Positions 23,599 to 36,469 of a DNA stretch of 64,000 bases are shown here, one piece after another. The translations under genes were made by a program, and so were the position numbers. The stretch spans positions 5,518,001-5,582,000 of the forward strand of contig JAQFVV010000007.1 in assembly GCA_028023455.1 (NCBI GenBank), given 5' to 3'. Under the pieces are notes generated by a model. The model was not told the DNA's origin. It did not search any database and saw only the letters and a program-made list of their open reading frames with translations. Each line of letters opens with the position of its first letter. Position 1 is the first letter of the stretch. Source of the stretch: Epiperipatus broadwayi (lineage: Eukaryota; Animalia; Onychophora).

Positions 23599-26500
23599 CT
23601 CCTCCCCTTACTCTAAAAAATTGCTTAACTTTATGTTTAGTCCTTAAATTTAAGTGACCTCTATCTGTCATCTGGGTCTGAGTGATCTAGTTGTTACTAC
23701 ATTTGGCTTCGGGATTGATTGAAATTCATGTTTTTTAATTTTGGGTTCACTCACTGCTTACTGGTTTTTGATCTTAATTGATCACTTTTTCATGTGGTGA
23801 TGGTTCTGCTATCTCTTGTATTTCTGGATTTCCTCATTTGGTATGGCCACTGACATTTGTAAGTTTTCCTTGAATCATTGGTGGACATGATTTACATGTC
23901 TTATGTATGTCATCCCATCCTTTACTTTGATTCTATCCTTTTTGATAACAAATTTTGTGATTACTTCTTGAAACCATTTCTTTCTGATCACATCTTGAAC
24001 TCAAACTTGATCATCTATTACATATATATTTTCACTTTTTCCACCAGTTCCCTGAGTATTTTCACTTTTTACATTATCAGCCATATTTTGAAGCAGAAGT
24101 GATAATTTAGTTTCCTTCCCATTAAGTTCCGCCAATGATTTCCCTGTACCTGTTGATGATATAGGGTGTTAATGAAGCATGGAATTATATATTTCTTGCT
24201 ACATACTTTTGTTCTTTAATTTCTTAAGAGTTTTTTAATTATTTGTATGGTCTTTCAGTGAGGCCATTTGACTCTGGGTAATACAGGGGTGTGCATATAT
24301 GTTTAATGACCTTTTGGATAAAGTTTCCATTTCTTATGTGGTAAATCCAGCGCCATTGTTGAACATCATAGTTTCTGGTAAACCGTGACAAGAAAACACA
24401 GCATTTAAAGTTTCTATCATTTTGCACTCATATCCTTTACTATGCAACACTCTGCTCATTTCGGTATGCATCTATAAGTATTATCAGTATTTTGCCATTT
24501 ATTACACCTGCATGCTCTATGTGCATTCTCTGTCAGGCTTTCATTGTTATTGACCATGATTCATATTGTTTTGCCTTCATATTTATCTCACATTGAGAGG
24601 CCATACATTTTTTGCTGTATTGTTTGATCTATGATGTTATTTTTGGCCACCAGATATAGCTGTGAGCTAATGCTTTGGCCCACAATTCCAGAATGAATTT
24701 CATGGAATAGCTTTAAAACTTGCTGCCTCCCTTCAGCTGCTATTACTAACTGATCACTCATTAATACACAACCTTTATAGATAGACAATTTGTTGTGCTT
24801 TATTCAGAACCCTGGGGTTTTATCAACTCATAAACAGTTGATAACCTTCATCATCTTTTTTCCAGCTAGTTACTTTTTTACTATTTGCCAATATAATTTA
24901 TGTCTGTTTCCATATTGCTTGGTTTTTTATTTGGGATCTAGGACAATGCAACTGCATGTGAAATCTCTATACCCTTCTTATATTCTAATTTGTAGTTGTA
25001 AGATGACAAAATATTTTCCAATACATCATGCATGGGCTTAAGTTGTCAGGGGCTAATTTATCATGGCCCAGAATTCCTAGTAGTGATTTATGGCCCGTTA
25101 TTATTTGAACAGGTCAGCCAAACATATTATTTTTCAGAGCAAAAATAATAGTCAAAACCTCTTTACCAATCTGACTGTAGTTTCTTTCTGCTTTTGAGAG
25201 TGTACATGATGTGTTTGCAATAGGGCATTCTCCCTTATAACATGGATTCTGAAGCATCTGTAGTTAAAGGCACTTCCAAATTAATATTAGTGTGTACTAA
25301 CAATTTATCAGATGACAAAAGAGCTTTAGTTTTGTTGAACACTTCATCATGAATTTCTAACCATTGCCACTTGATCTCTTTTCAATAAGTCATACAATGG
25401 TTTTGCTACATGCGCTTTATTCAGTAAAAAAGTCTTGAACATTTTATCAATTCTGTTTAACATTTGTAGGTTTTGTCATGTTTTTCAATGCTCTTACTTT
25501 TTTGGGTGCTGTTTTCCCCCCTATTGAAAATTATATGACTGAGAAAAGCCAATTCCCTTGTGTGCCAGAAACTTTTTTGGGTTTAATTTCATTCCCATTC
25601 TATTTAATTTCTCAATACTGTAAACAGCCTTTTCTGCAGCATCTCTTTTGAGTTTCATGTGATGAGGATGTCATTAAAGTAGAAGAAAATCTCCTTCATG
25701 CCCTGAAGCAATGCATTAGTTTTTGCTTGAAAAATGTTAGAGGCTGTTGATATGCCAAATGTCAATATTTCAGCTGATTTGCTCATCATTTGCATCTAGT
25801 GAAATGTGGATTTCAAGTCCAACTTTATGAAATGTAAGGCATTTTGAAGACTGGCTAGTACTTCCCCCATATTTAGAACAGGGTATTCTCCCCTGTTTAG
25901 ATATTTGGTTACAGTTACTCTGTAATCACCATATAATCTAATTTTGTCATTTGGCTTAGTTATAACTACTGAAGGCATAACCCTTTCAGTTGGCATGAAT
26001 ACACCATTAGTGAACAAAGACTTTTAGTTTTTCCACCACTTTGTCTTTTTGAGCAAATAATATTTTACAAGGTTGACACATGACTGGTCATGCATTTTCC
26101 AGCAACTCTATCTCAACCACACTCATTGTAATTAATCCCAATTCTCTATTAAACAAATCAGTGTATTTGTATGCCATTTCCTGTTCAAGAGAGATTTTTT
26201 TATATTAATTTGGATTCCTAGTTTGTGGAGCCACTCTCTCCAAAGGATGGAGCTAATCTTGCCTTTTTTATGTATGGAGATAGATTCATTTTTTTTAATG
26301 CAGTGGTTGGTGGGTGCTATTCCACAGCCTAATAATCTTAGCATATTTCCATTTACATCATGTGCTCTAATGTTCATTTTCTCTAATTTACTTTGTGAAT
26401 TATCTGATGACAGTGACATCCAGTCTGTTAGTGACATCAGGGAAATACCTGACCCATTATCAATCTCCATCAACAGTTCTTTTCCACAAAATGGTAACTT

Positions 26501-27400
26501 AATCATAAACTGTTTAACTCCTGGACATCCATGTTTTTAACCATGGGATTATCTTCCCTGTTTTTTTGAATTGGTGATTTATTTTTGCCTTTACTATTAT
26601 ATTCCTGGTTACACATACACACTAAATGCTTCTTTTTACTCATTTAAAAAATATTTCTTTGAGCCACCTGCATTATTTTGCCATGTGACCCCTTTTCCAC
26701 AGTAAAAACATGTTACTTTATAATTCTTACTGCACTTATCTTTCCACAGTATCATATTCTCCTTTTCTGTATTGAACTCCATTTTAGCCTTTTACTCAGT
26801 TTTAGTCCTAAAAACCTGTTCAAGAATTAATTCACACGCTATGCCTTTCTTAATGGTCATATTGTATGTGATATCAGGTTCTGTTAGTAATTGTTGTCTG
26901 AGCACATCCCCTATAACATTGATCCATGAGTGTTTCTGCAATGAAATTCCTGTAGCTCCAATCTTTAGCTAACTCCCTCAGCTGAGTTTTTTAATTTTTT
27001 ATCCATTGAATTGTTTCCTATTTCGAAGATTAAGCAATATAGGTGACAAGATGGACAAGGGCTAAAATAATCACTTAATCTCTTTATTAATTTAACATTG
27101 ATCCATGAGTGTTTCTGCAATGAAATTCCTGTAGCTCCAATCTTTAGCTAACTCCCTCAGCTGAGTTCTTTAATTTTTTATCCATTGAATTGTTTCCTAT
27201 TTCGAAGATTAAGCAATCTAGGTGACAAGATGGACAAGGGCTAAAATAATCACTTAATCTCTTTATTAATTCCTCATACTTTACATTTTCTGTAACAGGT
27301 ATTTCAAATAATCTATTTCTGACTTCTATTACTTTTATACCAGTGATACACATTAGTGCCCCTTTTTTCCATTTATTATCTTTCAATACCATTTAATGTA
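23599..27400 (-). mobile_element. Decayed Ty3/Gypsy LTR retrotransposon internal region (gag-PR-RT-RH-IN)
   Basis: Fragments occur in Gypsy order: gag-like 27144-27392; protease LLMEIDNGSGISLM 26132-26506; RT DKIRLYGDYR...FIKLDLKSTFH 25796-26017; integrase LFHEIHSG 24588-24788 and YYPESNGLTER 24239-24427. Polypurine tract GAGTAAGGGGAGGAG then TGT at ~23599-23613. Many stops; LTR pair not identified. Confidence 0.85.
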
Positions 27401-27649
27401 AAGAAATTTTCTATCTGCATAATATATAATGGCCATTACTTACCTCAAATTCTGCTATGCTGTTTTGACCAAATATTTATGTCTGCTAAATTCCAATTCT
27501 GCTTTCCATTTACTTACTAATGATTTAAACTCTCTACTTTTTCACCTAAGACTGACACAACTGCACCACCCAATTTGCTATATATCCAACTTGAATGTTT
27601 ATAAGTGCAGATTATCATATTACAGATTAATACACTCCAAAGTTAAATA

Positions 27650-30600
27650 ATACTTGCATTAAGAAGGATTTTTTCCCAAATATCTCCAGAAATTTTGATG
27701 TTCATTCTTTAAATGTAGTTTCTATACAATGCTGAATTTGATAGCTGTTAAACAAACTTGTAATATTAGATGGAATTTTTTTCAAGAATGTCATATGGAT
27801 ATGAGTAAATCTGTGTTTGTGTTTTTAAAAATTCTGTTTGTGTGATTTGATTAAATAAATGACATTTTCTGTTTGGTAGAAGAATAAAAATGAATATGGA
27901 ATTGCATAAGTATTTTATAGATTTTATAGAATGATGTTAACAAGTAATATACTTAAAAATTAATACATTTTCAACTGCAAAAGAGATATTGACATTTTCT
28001 GCTGATTGTATTTACTTTTCTTTCTGTATTGAATACTAATAATAGTCTTGAAAAATGATTGCTAAATTCCAGCCTGTATGTTTCAGTGTACCAGGTGCAG
28101 ATCTGTTGAAGCCTGGAGATGAGATCGACTGAGGGAAGGAAGACAACCACATTGTCTACATAAGCAGAGCATTTGTTGGTTTTGCTTAGTGCAGGAATGA
28201 GGGTGCCAGAAAGGTCATGTTCCAGCCTGAGAAAGAGGGGATTCAGAAATGTGGTGAACAACAAAATGCTCAACGGAGAGCCCTAAGGGATGAATATGTT
28301 AGGTGTGAACCTGGGGGCAACTTTCCCATAGGGTAACTAGGATTTCTCTGTTGGACAGGAGATTGTGGAGGATGGACAGGAGGGCCTCTGGAATGTTCAG
28401 ATGCCTGAGGACACCAAGTAGCAGGTCAACCATAACAGAGTCAAAGGCTGCCCAAATGTCTAGTTGGACAGTGATGGGCCTGCCATTTCAAGACCACCTA
28501 ATATGCTCAATGGTCATCTTAAAGAATGTGGCAACCTCAAGAGTGGAGCAGCCCTTATAAGCAAACTGTGAGGTAGAAAGGGCAGGGTTATGAATTGTTC
28601 TAGTAACTCTTTGATGTTAGACTCTAAGTTTTATGAGCAGAGGTGTCATTGAAATCAGCCTAAGATTCTTGAGCTTAGTAGGTGACCGATCCCTTACAAG
28701 CAAACTGTGAGGTAGAAAGGGCAGAGGTATGAATTGTTCTAACAACTCTTTGATGGTAGACTCAATAAGGTTTATGAGCAGAGGGGTCACCGAAATCAGC
28801 CTAAGACTCTTGAGTTATTAGGTGGCCGATCTTTCTTAAGGAAAGGGACTAATGTTATTGGATAGAGACCCTCAATGATGTAAGAACCTGAGGCCAGCTT
28901 GTTGATCATGTTGAGAGTGATGGTGAACTGAATTAGGTGGAGGAGGAACTTGGGGGTGGCATGAGGACCAGGGTGGATGCGGTAAGGGAAGCTTTTCAGT
29001 TTGTTATGTAGCATGGTCTGGGTGATGCCAGGATCAGAGTTGACATTCAAGGTTGATGGCATAATGAAAGGAGGGAAGTCAGTTTTGAGAAGCATGTGCT
29101 TGTAATAATTTCTCAAATGAAGGAGCAATTCATGACCTATGAAGGATTTGTTGCTGACAGTAATGAATGAGGTGGTTTGCTTCCTGTGGGAACCAAGAGC
29201 TCACCCCAGGTAATTTCTGGTCCAACAATGTTGATTCCCCATTTTGACCATGGAAGCCAGCAACTTGAGTGACCCTTTGGAATTCCAGGTGTATTTGTGG
29301 ATGGCAGCTTGCAGAATTTCCACAAATGCCAACCACGCAGATGGGATCCTGGCCCACTCTCATGATCATTCAGTTGCTCTGAAATTTTGTCCATGGAAGC
29401 CAGAAACTTGAGTGACCCTTGGGAATTCCAGGTGTATTTGTGAATGGCAACTTTCAGGATTTTCACAAATGTCAACCTTGCAGAGATGGGCTCCTGGCCC
29501 ACTCTCCTGATCATTCAGTTGCTCTGAAATTTTGTCCGTGGAATCCAGAAACTTGATTGACCCTTGGGAATTCCAGGTATATTTGTGGATGGCATATTGC
29601 AGGATTTTTATAAATGCCAACCATGTAGATGGGCTCCATTTGAAGGATATTGATTTTATGAAGGTATATATAAATTTCTGAAAGCAATGCTATTGGTATA
29701 TTTTGTTTGTTGAGGAATCATATTGTTCTTCTGAAGCCAAGGTTCACTAAGGCACCAGAGTTAATGTCTAGGGAAAGGTGTAATGTCTTGTGATCTGAAA
29801 AAGGTATGGTGTGGAGTTGGGCCAATTCAATCATGAAATGGAGATTGAGAGAGTAGAATGTTAAATCAATGAGGGTCTGATGCTTGGGGGTGTAGAAAAA
29901 GTAGGCATGGTCTGGAAAAATCCCTGGCCACACATTAAACCATTGGAGAAGAGAGATAGATATTTGTTTGTGAAAGACTGGTAGCCTATATTGAAGTTAC
30001 CAGAAAAATGAGAAGGGAGGCAGTATCTGTGATGTTGTTGATTCGGTGAATAATAGATTTAATGAGGGTATAATTGTCATTGGAAGGCAGATATAAATAA
30101 ATCACAAAACTTCTGAAGCACCCAAATTGCACCTCCAAGATAATAGAGTGAGTGTCGGTGAAGGGATGGGCACATTTATTAATGAGGATGGCAACTCCTC
30201 CAGAAGAAGTCAAGGTGGTAGAATACTTGAATAGACCAAAGGTGGACAAAGTGGAGTAAATCCTATAATAAAAGTGAGTGGAAAGTTTAGTTTTGGCAAG
30301 GAAGATGATATTGGGAGAATTGAGTTCAAAACAATGTTTGAGAGTGAGGTGCCTAATGTTTAAACCAACAACAGAGATAAGCATATGGTGACCTCAATCA
30401 AGATGGACTTAAGAAATTGAGAACCAGTAGGAATTTGAAAATTTTATGGTGAGCGGGGATGAATTGGCCTGGGAGAGATGAGGAGTACCATTCTTTCTTC
30501 TCCTGCCAGAATTGCACAATGATTCATTCTTGATGTCACTTGATGAACCACTGTTTGAGAAAATTTCAGCAGAGGAAGGTGAGAGAGTGCAAAGGGAGGA

Positions 30601-33005
30601 GACCGATGATGCCCACGTTGAAACCAGAGAATTCTCTGCTGAAAGAATTCTTTTTTCCTTGTACAATATGTCTAAGATGTGCCCTGGGTTCCAGAAAAGG
30701 ATCAATTATGGTTTCACTGGGAAGGTCAATGATGGAATTCTGCATGTCAGAGTTGGTGTCACTATCAGATGGTTAGGGTATGCACGCTTTTGAGGTTTGT
30801 TGTTTGTGGTGAAAAGGCCAGAGTTGGTAGACTCAGGCAGGATGATTTCTGAGTTAGAATTAGTGGACATGTCTATCAAGGTAGGGGAGTTGCATGGTGG
30901 AGCTGTAATTGAGAGTGGTGGGCTGCAAGTGAATTCAAAATTATGTAGCCTAGAGAAAGCTGGAGTCTTACTAGAAGGTAAGATGGTTGCCAAATGCTGA
31001 AAAGGTTTAATTGGTAATAGATGAAAGTGAGACGTTAGCTGAAGGAGGAAGTTCCATGTCTATTGGAACTGTATGGAGCACAGATGTGGTTTAGGTCCTT
31101 TTTTTTCTGGCAAGAGTTGCATTTTTTAGAGGGCAGTCCCGAATAAAGTGGTTGCAGTCTTTTCAGGTAAAACATTGTGGCCTGATCCTCTTAATCGAGA
31201 TGATCAAAGGTGTTAGATCAGCTGCTATTATTGTGGGAATGCTTTCAGGAGAAAGACCTTTTTAAGGATAAATGGAAATGAGGTTGTATTGGTGAAGGTG
31301 AGACCACTGGTGAGAGGATCCCCAAGGTAGTCAAATGAGGTAACTTGTCTAAATGCCTTGAGATATTTCTGTAGGTGCTGCCTTTTCATCCCTATGTGAC
31401 AGTTTTTGATAAACCCCTTAAGTATGGATAGTCTATTGCAACCACAGAACATATTGTGTAAAAATTTGAATCTGTTTTTGAAGGCTTGCCTTTGTATTGT
31501 ATTGTGAAACTCTATTGCCATATATAGGGCATTGGGAAAGGTGAGAATTTTATGTATACTATCAGTTAGATTGTGGAGTCTAATAAGGTCATAGAGCTGC
31601 TGTGCTGGAAATTTGTGGAGTCCACATTAATAAATCTGTAACCACTAGAATGACTGAACTGTCACTCTGATAGCAACGAAGAGACTTGAAGAGAAGCAGT
31701 GGAACTGTGTGGTTAAATTATTCTGACGTCACAATGTGATTTTCTGGTGTGAGTTATTTAGTAGGAATGAAGGTTGGTGAGGTAGCTGAATCATGATTGT
31801 TAGGATTGTCATCATCAAAGCCCTACAGATTTTGAAGCTCAGCTTGGCATGTTTGTGGTGTGGTTATATTGGGATTTTTTGGTAGTTCTGGATGCAGCCT
31901 GAGCATAGGAATTAGCAAAGACTTGCAGTGGTTTTAGACAGCTAGTTATGGAAGGATGGGTAATAAGGGATGGCTCTATAGTGCAACTGATATTAGTGGG
32001 ATAATGTTGACAGACTTGGTTTTACTAGTAGATTGAGATGGGAAATCATGAGTAGCATCATCTTTGGAGTAATTATTGTGTGTTAGTTTTTTAGAAGATT
32101 CAGAGATGGCTAAGGTTTTTGCATTGAACTTACGTGTAGCAGGCTGATTTTTTTCCCTCATAGGTGAGGAATTTTTAATGTTCCCAGTTTTGCTTGGAGC
32201 AACATTATGATTAGTCAGATTTTTTGGGGGGATTGCTTTTTGCCTTTGGTGGGGTAAGCCTCAGCCTGTAGGGGAAGAAAATCCAGAGGGTCTGGAGATG
32301 GAGACCTTGAATTAGGTTCTGTGCTGATGGTGTCTTTAATTGAGTTTTCTTTGGAATTTAATTTAGGTAACATTTTTGGAAGTTTTGAAGATTTTTGTTG
32401 TTGTGAATTAGGTTTTTGCACATTTTTGGTGCTAGGTGGGTGGTGGACATCTTTAAACTGTTTGGAAGAGTTAAAAATTGTACAAAGAAAAACAATTTTG
32501 AAGTGGAAAAACTTATAAATTTGATTTAAAAAATGAAGCAAATCCCCACTGGAGTGATTGTTAGTGTTAATTTTAGTTGGCTTATGAAAAAATTGATTAG
32601 AATTTTAGGTAGTTTACTATCACAGAGGGGGGGGGTGAAAAAAGAAGATTGTTTTAATGACGTAAATAACTGGAACAACACATAGAAAATTTGATAAAAA
32701 TGTTGAGTGATAGAAGAACTGGAGTAGGAAATGAATTTAAGAATCTAAGAGGGAATAAGACCCTCTATCATTCATAAAACAGTCAAACTACCCATCAAAC
32801 AGGGGGAAGAATCCGGTTGTCTATTGGAGATGAGCAGATGGTAGATATATCGAAATAAATGATAAAAATACACTAAAAACTGAGGATTGTGAATGAAAAA
32901 GCACACAAACAGCAAATAGTGTTCTTTAAAGGGATAAGTACATATAAGGAATACCTTCGACTGCAGCAAAATGACTTTTTAAAGTCTTTTTCAGAGAGCC
33001 GTGAA
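27650..33005 (-). mobile_element. Decayed two-ORF non-LTR retrotransposon, L1/Tx1-like (ORF1 with CCHC knuckle; ORF2 APE-RT)
   Basis: Zinc knuckle CFT*KDCNHFIRDCP at ~31130-31180. APE motifs GLNIR, IIFLAKTK, GGVAILIN (29986-30384) and IDLTF...PFSDHK (29718-29933). RT motifs include QLDIWAAFDSV (~28430-28460) and YVDNVVVF (27971-28273). Boundaries approximate; clade assignment is inference. Confidence 0.75.
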
Positions 33006-33069
33006 GCTTAATTATTGTTATAACTGAAATACAGGCTTATTATATACCTGTATAAATATATGTAATATA

Positions 33070-33329
33070 CAGGCAAAAACTGTCCATATAGTAGTGCTAA
33101 CTAGAGTAATCAATGTATGCCAGAAGGCTTGTGCATAAAATCCCTATCTAGTGCCTACTCATCCAATATCTCCAGACTAGTTTCTGGCTTGTGGCCTTCA
33201 TCATAGGGATTTTATGCACAAGCCTTCTGGAATACCTTGATTACTCTGGTTAGCACAAGGTGGCGCTACTACATGGAGAGTTTTTGCCTGTTTAATAAGT
33301 TATGTGCTAGCATGAGATGGTGATCATGC
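33070..33329. mobile_element. Family A fold-back with a 15-bp TSD
   Basis: Minus arm 33070-33203 and plus arm 33204-33329. AATATATGTAATATA at 33055-33069 and 33330-33344. Confidence 0.85.
33168..33203 (-). ncRNA. Family A hammerhead, best-preserved copy, 5' side lost at the strand switch
   Basis: Minus strand reads UGAUGA-A-GGC(CACAA)GCC-A-GAAA-CUAG-UC/UGGAGAU, with a GUC cleavage triplet. C3 and the 5' strand of helix I are replaced by the inversion junction. Confidence 0.65.
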
Positions 33330-33445
33330 AATATATGTAATATATAGGGTATGTGAGTACAGACTTTCACACAACCCATCGCTCACCACTCTATCTCATA
33401 TCATTGATACACTTGAACACATATATGTTGAAAAGGTAAATAATC

Positions 33446-33489
33446 ACCAACATACGTATTTCATGCTAAACTAGCAATCATCAGTTGGT
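33446..33489 (-). ncRNA. Family B hammerhead with palindromic helix III retained but the cleavage nucleotide is G (probably inactive)
   Basis: Minus strand reads ACCAA-CUGAUGA-UUGCU(AGUUU)AGCAU-GAAA-UACGUA-UG-UUGGU. Position 17 must be A, C or U for cleavage. Confidence 0.6.
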
Positions 33490-34080
33490 CCGGATTATCA
33501 TCTCTACATATATATGCGATAAGTGCTCAGATATATATTAATTATTGTTATTAATACTATTTATTTGAATATTAATTTTTATTCTACCTTTTATTGTCCA
33601 TAATAATTATCTATCTTTGCACATTTTATTGACAAATTTGTTAAATCGCATTTATTGTTATTCTGACAACTTCATTTATTACAATTAGTTTTTACAAAAA
33701 AGAGTGCTAGCATCCATATTATAATCACAACTTTATTTTAATTATAGTAATGATCAAATTAAAATTCAGAATATAAAGTATTTCATTTGTCTATGATGAT
33801 TTATGCAGTACTATATATATAATTTTCACTTATAATTATGTTTGAAAATTTCAAATACATTCAACTGTTAATAATAGTGCATATCTTAGTATATTAATAC
33901 GACCACTCAAATACTTTATTAAGGTTTGAATTTTCCTGAAAACATTTAATAATTAAAACTAGATGTTTACAATGGTCCAGTATATAATTACAAGTAAAAT
34001 ATCATCAGCACACAATTTAGACAATCGTAATTTCGACCTAATTTTAAAATCTAAGCATATACGCAATTATCTTTGATTTA

Positions 34081-35279
34081 CAAGGCTGAGTTAAAAATTA
34101 CCTGCAATCTGGTTGTAGTATTTATTATAATTAACTTTCATAAAAGACAAACCCATCGTCATTTGACAAAATCTTCCTGCTTTTCAATAGGCTTTATCCA
34201 TCACTTTCATATTTCCTCATTAAGATATTTTACGTTGATCTGTGAGTCATGAATATCCTATTGTCTTCACCTCTTCTTTGGATATAAATTTTCATCCTTG
34301 TAAATCTTTCAGGTGACCAAATAGGACAGTCTGATGGACAAAATCAGGACTATAAGAGGATGCTTCAATACTTCATATTAAAGTTCTTGGAATAGATACA
34401 TAGTGTTGGGCAGTAATGTGCAGGCAAACTTTGTTGTGCAACAACATAATGTCCTTGGATAGCACTCTTTTGCACTTTGTCTACATTTTTGGCTTCAAAT
34501 CTTCAGTGAGAATCTCACTGTAATGAGCACTATTGGTTGTTAAATCTTTTTCCTGATAATATTCCAATTCTGGTACTTGAAAATTCCAAAAAACTGTATG
34601 CATCAATTTTAAAATAGATAGTTAAAAGATATTCCAATTCTGGTACATTCCAAAAAACTGTACGCATCAGTTTTAAAATAGATGGTTAAAAATATTTCCC
34701 TACTCTGCTGCTTACTCTCAGGCTTGTAATGATGAGTTCTTGTCAAGAAATTTTCCTTGCAGTATCAGTCCAGATTTCATTTACAGATACCCAAATGCTT
34801 CTGTTTGTGCTCTTCTATGATTTGTTTCAAAATCCAGCTCACATAACCCAATTCTGTCATGGATTATTGCATGACAGACTGTCATTCCTCTATCCAAGAG
34901 AATCCATTTACATTCAGCACTATCATCAGTCATGAATGAAGATGGGCACCTTCTTCATTGTTGACACTTTTGTGACATTCCTTAAACTTCTCTATCCATT
35001 AATACAAACTTTTTCATGACATTTTCTCTACACTGTGCACAAAGTCTTCAATAAATATTGGTGTCAAACACAGACCACAAAAAATGAATCACTGCATATT
35101 ACTCTTCTTTAATAAAAATCGCAAATGAGGACACCATTATTTTTACATCACACATATGAACTGACATAACATGTTCAAAATTGCACAATGGTTGGGGAGA
35201 CAGTGACCTTGTACAGAAAATGCAGCCAACAAGAAATTTTAACATAATGAGAGCATGAATAATTTTTGTCTCACCCTCA
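34081..35279 (-). mobile_element. Decayed full-length mariner (Tc1/mariner) DNA transposon
   Basis: TA-flanked degenerate TIRs: ta|caaggctgagttaaaaattacc at 34079 and aatttttgtctcaccctca|ta at 35279. Transposase remnants on minus include HYKPESKQQSRE (~34700-34730), an LHNK/LHDN-like motif (~34435) and a PD..PSD..LFGHLK-like motif (~34310-34350). Internal ~70-bp duplication at ~34560-34690. Confidence 0.8.
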
Positions 35280-36469
35280 TATATTCATTTAAATTTGATT
35301 CTTTTCAATATTTTTTTTTTGTTACTAAAATGAAGCCCATATTATGACCTAAAATTGTGTTGTTGCTGTTTTTATTTTTTGAAATATACACATTAAACAA
35401 ATTCTAAATATGTAAGGTGAAAAACTAATTTTCTTTGGGAAACTAAAGCATTACTATTCATATATAGAGCAAATTAAAATTAGAAAAGGAATCAAAACTA
35501 AATGAAATTCATATTTCACTGAAATGGTAATTAAAGGTGGAAATGTAAATATATTATAAACAATTAAATACTCTCTAATGTTATACTTATAATGATAAAT
35601 AAAATAGAAAATCACATAACATTAAAAAATTAGCCATAAAACAAAATTTTACAAAAATTCTCTTATGACCACGAATTCATCTATTAACAAACAGACCTTC
35701 TCAAGTGAAATTATATGTATATTGTTTTCTATCTTGTTGAATTTTACTTGAGAAGGTCTACTTGTAATGGATAAAACTATGATCATAGAATTTTAGTAAA
35801 TTTTATTTTTTTTGTAATATGATTTTTATTTTATTTTATTATAATATAAGAATAGAATTATTTTAAATTAGTTAAAAAGAAAACCAGTTCTAAACAAGTT
35901 TTTTAAAGTTCTTCAGAATATATATAAAGACTACAATAATATAAATATAATGACTGAGAATTAGGTTCTCCAACAAATATATAAAAATTTACAAAATTAA
36001 CTTTGTAATCCTCAACTAAAACTTTTTACTCCAGGTAATTCTACTTAAAGGAATAGTCATGATTGTTGTGGAACTTTGGTATTAATTTATAAGATGGCTA
36101 ATTAAGAAAGATTGATAGAAGACAGCAGTAAATTTCATTTTTCTATACTGAACTTTTTTTTATTCTTCTCTGAAATATTGTTATTTTATTTAACCTTTTT
36201 ATCTTTGCTGATAGAATGTAATAAGAACATTTTTTTCAAGAAGAAAAATTGATGAATTCTTCTAAAACAAGAAAAATTAAATACTATAGTCACTGTTTCT
36301 ATTTTAAAATGTGTCATATAATTTTATGGAAGACCCAATCATAAGGCAAAAAACATTTATATGAATGAAGTCAATATAATAAATTCTCTTCAGTCACCTT
36401 GCTAATAGAGTGTGCAAATGATAGATAATTGTTAATAAAGTTGTTGTTTTTTAAAATATATATATATAT

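Larger units (their letters stand above)
33020..33535 (-). mobile_element. Family B hammerhead-bearing repeat, interrupted by a family A insertion at 33070-33329
   Basis: 33330-33535 is near-identical to 43492-43695. 33043-33069 matches 62020-62045, showing the element continues left of the insert. Confidence 0.8.

Noticed and set aside
23300-27660. Paired LTRs for the Gypsy remnant
   Set aside because: A PPT+TG start is visible at ~23599, but no matching direct repeat was found at the 5' side.
30409-32518. Plus-strand ORFs at 30409-31000 and 32321-32518 as genes
   Set aside because: They are antisense shadows of the L1/Tx1-like ORF1.
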